From contig JAAPAO010000018.1 in NCBI GenBank assembly GCA_013115145.1, forward strand, positions 1 through 64,000: 64,000 nt of DNA, in the 5' to 3' direction. This document shows positions 49,113-64,000 of this stretch, in pieces (within the stretch, counting starts at the first letter, position 1; each line of letters starts with the position of its first letter). The notes below the pieces were generated by a model. That model had not been told where the DNA came from, did not search any database, and worked only from the letters and a program-made list of their open reading frames with translations. A program made the position numbers and the translations under genes. The DNA comes from Perkinsus chesapeaki ATCC PRA-425 (Eukaryota; Protista; Perkinsozoa).

Positions 49113-49312
49113 GGTGTGCTAACGATATAACACCTTACCGATAGTAAGAACTGATTCAACATGGTAAATTTCGGCGGCGAAATCCCCAAGCTACATCCTC
49201 ATCCACCTAATCGACCGTTCTGCTCTACCGAATACTTGATTAACGCTCAAAATAACAACAGCAACACATACAAAGTCGAAACAAGTATTTCGGTTTTTTG
49301 CACTCGGTTGAA

Positions 49313-52300
49313 TCACCAACCCTCCTCGCCATCAAAGCCAGTAAAGCCAGTAAGCAAAAACAATGGGAAGTACACTTTCTTCTCAATTTGACTGCACCAG
49401 TTCCACGCCGACGTCAGCCTGAGGAAATGTCAACGCTTTTCACGAAAAGAACCTCTCACCTTCCGTCAATGCAGCTCCCCGCATCGAAGAAGTTATCCGC
49501 ACCGCTGCCATCAAAACCGTGCTTGAAGAAGTCCTAAGAGCATGGATTAACTTGGATTCCACTCTTCCACCCAAATACATGCAGAATAATCCGCTTGGCT
49601 CCATCTACTCCACCAAAGGTTGAATCTATGTAACTGAAGAAAGGAAAGGTTCGGTCATACTCACTAAAACTTCTAATATTTATAAGTGTGGCGTTAATAC
49701 TTATAAATCGAATGAATGACTAGAGCTGGAAGCCATTATTATTAATCTGGCCTCTAAGCTCACACTGTGAACAGGTTCAAGCTTCAGCTACCGGCACTTA
49801 CTCTCGAATGCCCGGCCTAGCATCGTACTCAGCCGCTAATCGATCAAGACAGTGACAGATTGGTGAAAGTATCCTCGGGATTTGACAGTATTTATCAAGG
49901 AACACCAGGGCCTACAAGAACAGGTAAGGGAATAGCTCCCAACAGAGCCTTACGTTAGGAACGTTATGGTCACCCATATGGACAACACTCGAACCCGTCC
50001 ACCCTCCGAGTTTCTGTTGAACGTTACCAAGAATCTGGTTCATAGCACGATACACTGATGGAGCCTGTTGGATCCTAAATGGGGCAGAAGTAAAGAGGGT
50101 AGCCTGGATGAGACTCACCTATTAAGACCCTGACCGGTATCAGCGAGACGGTAGCCACCGACAGGTTTAATTATGGTATCATTCTCAACCATATGCCACA
50201 ACTGTATCAAGTTCCTCAATACCTTACGGGAGACCAATATAAGTTCCTACGACAATGGTGAGTACTAACCTCGTCCCACAGCGTTAAACTCTGAAGGACG
50301 TACTGGTACTGGCGACGATGGTCGTGGGAAAGTCTGGCGCCACCTTCGCCGTATCGAAGTCGCAAAGAGCAGAACCGCGATGACACACCATCTGAAAGAG
50401 TTGAGGAGGCTCCAAATGTGAGCAGTTTCAGTGAAGATTATCGAACTTCGATAATCGGAGGCTTCGAAGCGAGGTAGGATCACAGTGTCGATTGTGTATA
50501 GACAGAAAACATCGAATACGTGATGAGATAGGTTTGATGCTCGAAGTCCACAGAAATGGAGAAGATACCGTTGGTAACGTGCTTGGTAACTCAGCACTGT
50601 TAAGTTAGCGAGTAGACAGCGCCACTTTTATTTGCTTTCTGGGGATAGTCTATTCCGCTATCGCGCAACTGTCCTCCCGAAACTCACCAGGGCCAGAGGT
50701 CTCATCAGTAGGCGAGAAATAATGTTGCAGATATTCTTTCATTCTCGTAGCAGGTTCAGAGCAATGCTCACGGAACTCCTCAAATTCTTCAAGGGAATCC
50801 AATATACCGTCAAACTGCTCAGGCTTAAACTTGTCCTAAATATCAATGCTCTCAGTACAAAAGTCTCTCACCATAGTAGTAGGCCAATGGGATTGGAACT
50901 ATCGATTTATTGAGGTCCAACCTACCCCATGACGGGCTGCTATGTCCTCCCTAGCTGCTGTCTTCACAGCTGCCTCCTCTTTATTATGAGCTGGATGAAC
51001 AGCTAAAGGCAACCGAGAATCCATCAAAAGATCTTCCAAAGGATGGCCTAGGGAACTGAAAGAGAAGAGTCACACGTGGACGGTTCATAGTCCAGCATTC
51101 AAAGCGGGCAATCAACCAGTAGTTGAGGCGCAGAGCTTAATTAGGGAAAAATACAACGATTTCAGAGCACCCAATGGGAACGGTCAAGAGATAAAAATCA
51201 TCTATAGGCTAAGTAATACTCAGTTAATACACATGAGACTGTGTTTTGAGAAGGCACGTGAAAAGGTAGGCTACCTTTTCAGGTAGCTCCTGGGCAGAGG
51301 TAGGAGGCTCCTAGAAGCTACCTCATTTAACTACCTAATGTAGCTAACAGCTTCCCCGAGGCTCGAGTACCCCAAGATATCACGAGCCCCACCCCATAAC
51401 TATATTGCTCGTCTGTGGCTGTGTGTGAGTAGAATATCCCACATACCTGTATTCGGTGTATATAGTCTTAATAGGCATTATGAGCTCAAACTGTAGCCTA
51501 TCTCGAACTCTATTAGCATCCATCAACATATACCTAACACCAGCTGCCATTATCCAACTTCGTCATCCTCTCAATGCTTACATTAGCTTCCCGTAGTTAT
51601 CGCGGAACCGTTCAGGATTTAACATCTTGTACCGTCGGCCAACCTAAGATACCATCTATTGCCAGACTGATGCTCGCCACCTTTACCTCAAAGACTCGCT
51701 GATACCAATGCTGGAAATCTGTTGGAGGCCGCTGATGCGATGCGACCGACATACCAGATAGGATGGAGCACGCCTGTCAAAAGAGAAGTACTCAACGCCG
51801 ATATGGTCTGAAGCTACCTCGTCCAGCTGGTCAATGATAAGGTCGTCCTTCTCGTGACGAATGGTATAGACGTCGACTTTATCAGTGTACTCGCTTACGT
51901 TGAGAGCTCGTTCGAGGAGATTGAGTGCTCTACGGTCATCATGGGACAGTCTGAGCCACGGCTATTCAGAGAGAGACCATTCGCCCAATGCTCACCTGAC
52001 TGGTATGAAGCTACATAGGTTAAGGTACGAGGCTTGGCTGCTATGATGGCCACCGGAAGCTGAAGTAACACAATGCAGGTCAATGGTACCGCGCTCAGAA
52101 CTCCAGAACAATACGCGGTGAGACCCGAAAGAATAATACACCGTCGTCAAGTCTCAAGCTGCAGAATGATTTCGAATCTCGCTCGAACACATTACAGATT
52201 CTCCACGCCACAGAATTCCTCTCTACCATATTTCCTACCAGACTGGCCTTCTTATATCGCATGAGGCTTATCCTTCTATTATTTTCGAGATAAATTCAGC

Positions 52301-52468
52301 AGCCACGTCTATATTCCTACCGCTGTCCATATCAGCCTCGGCCTTCTCCAAGACCTTATCACGATACTGATCATCAACACATTCTGCCTCAGTTGTGGTG
52401 GCCTCCGCATTCACATCCACTCTGAATAGGATCCACATACGTGGCGAATGAATCATGCAAGATGCCAT
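49313..52468 (-). CDS. DUF2009 (UPF0652-like) protein, multi-exon; 5' end may extend to an ATG at 53343
   Basis: ALNVSEYTDKVD; VGRRYKMLNPERFRDNYGKL; GARLSHDHRRQYQYVLQSLTLW; DTGQGLNR; GWTGSSVVHMGDHNVPN; AGSCIDGRLTSAWNWCS. Confidence 0.8.
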
Positions 52469-53513
52469 GGCGGGCCGCGATACGTAAGCACATTAGTGCT
52501 GTAAGCTACCTTGATTGACAGGCCGCTGTAATCTCTTTCCTTCGGGGTAGCTTCAATAGAAGATCTCTTAGCTCCCTTTCATTAAGAGCCTGACCAACAA
52601 TGCCTAATAAGGCTCCAAACACCATAAAGCCGAGCAAGGGAGGCTTTGACAAGCTGCAAAGCAAAGCTTCGCACTGTCAAACGAATGGTGAAGTCACTGT
52701 CAACTTTCGCCTATATCGTATAGACGATATCTTCCTCTGTGAAGTTTGTCTGTCAAGTGTTAAGTAAGCCTAACTTACCCCTAGTCTTTGTGGTAGCACT
52801 TCCAATGGTATCTCAGCTTCACTCGGGGCCTCACTCTGTGATTCATATTCATGACCATCCAGTACCTATAGAAAGTTCTCAATACTGTCGTTTAGAAACA
52901 AGTAGGCAAATTGAACTGTAAAAGGTTGTGGAAATGAGATAAATCACATATGTGAGTAACGTTATGCTCACGCTGTATTTTTCACAAATTGACTATCTCC
53001 AATGCAACCATACGATCACTAATTACACATCGCACTCCTGTCGGTTTTCATCTACGCCATCTCACAAGCCTTCTTCGCCTTACAACTATACGGTCGTGAA
53101 AGATTCTGTTCTAGCTCACAGTAACGGATAATAACATTATAATGCATCCTCAACTACGATGAAAACCTAGTGACCTGTTAACCAAGTATCAAAGAAGCTA
53201 TGAACAAGCCCACAACACTTCCACTATACACGCGGGCAGCAGCATCTTACAGCTGTTAATCGCTTGGTAGGATCCTCTTCTTCCTCCCCATAAAAGTGGG
53301 TCTCTGGTGCTGATGATGGCATCCTATCTGGTGCTACTGTCATATATTGAACCTCTATTAATCCGTACCACCTCCCAACCACAACAGTGCAACTACCACC
53401 TCAGAGACCCTATATAAATGCAATAGTAATTCTTCTATTACCGTGCAGTAACAGTAAAGCAATATCATTATCGTTATTTTACAATATAAATTATATATTC
53501 AATACGTTGCAGA

Positions 53514-64000
<10,487 letters not shown>

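Overview
Eukaryotic, intron-rich genomic DNA, most likely from a Perkinsus-like alveolate. This is an inference from the ~40-60 nt GT-AG introns, long co-oriented gene blocks and the gene families present. Conserved spliced genes occupy ~9.2-35.6 kb (Mei2-like, SMYD-type SET protein, centrin, GINS2/Psf2, two tandem M20A dipeptidases, WDR31-like, 14-3-3, and DNAAF5-like with an intronic tRNA-Arg) and 49.3-64 kb (DUF2009 protein, CHD-type remodeller running off the window). Two intron-free accessory islands lie outside these blocks. The first (0-9 kb) holds a CTTA/TAAG repeat, a frameshifted OTU protease, a palindrome cluster and an inverted triplet of an unknown secreted family. The second (35.7-49.1 kb) holds seven copies of an unknown 'MRTVTC' family (one intact), plus a subtilisin and an aspartic protease that each carry one in-frame stop. 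The most unusual signals are recurrent fold-back palindromic insertions with 1-nt spacers (one is an insertion relative to paralogs), the MRTVTC family with a conserved N-terminal box and variable body, and single-exon homogenisation between the dipeptidase paralogs. Exon models were traced by eye, so boundaries are approximate. No database searches were run.
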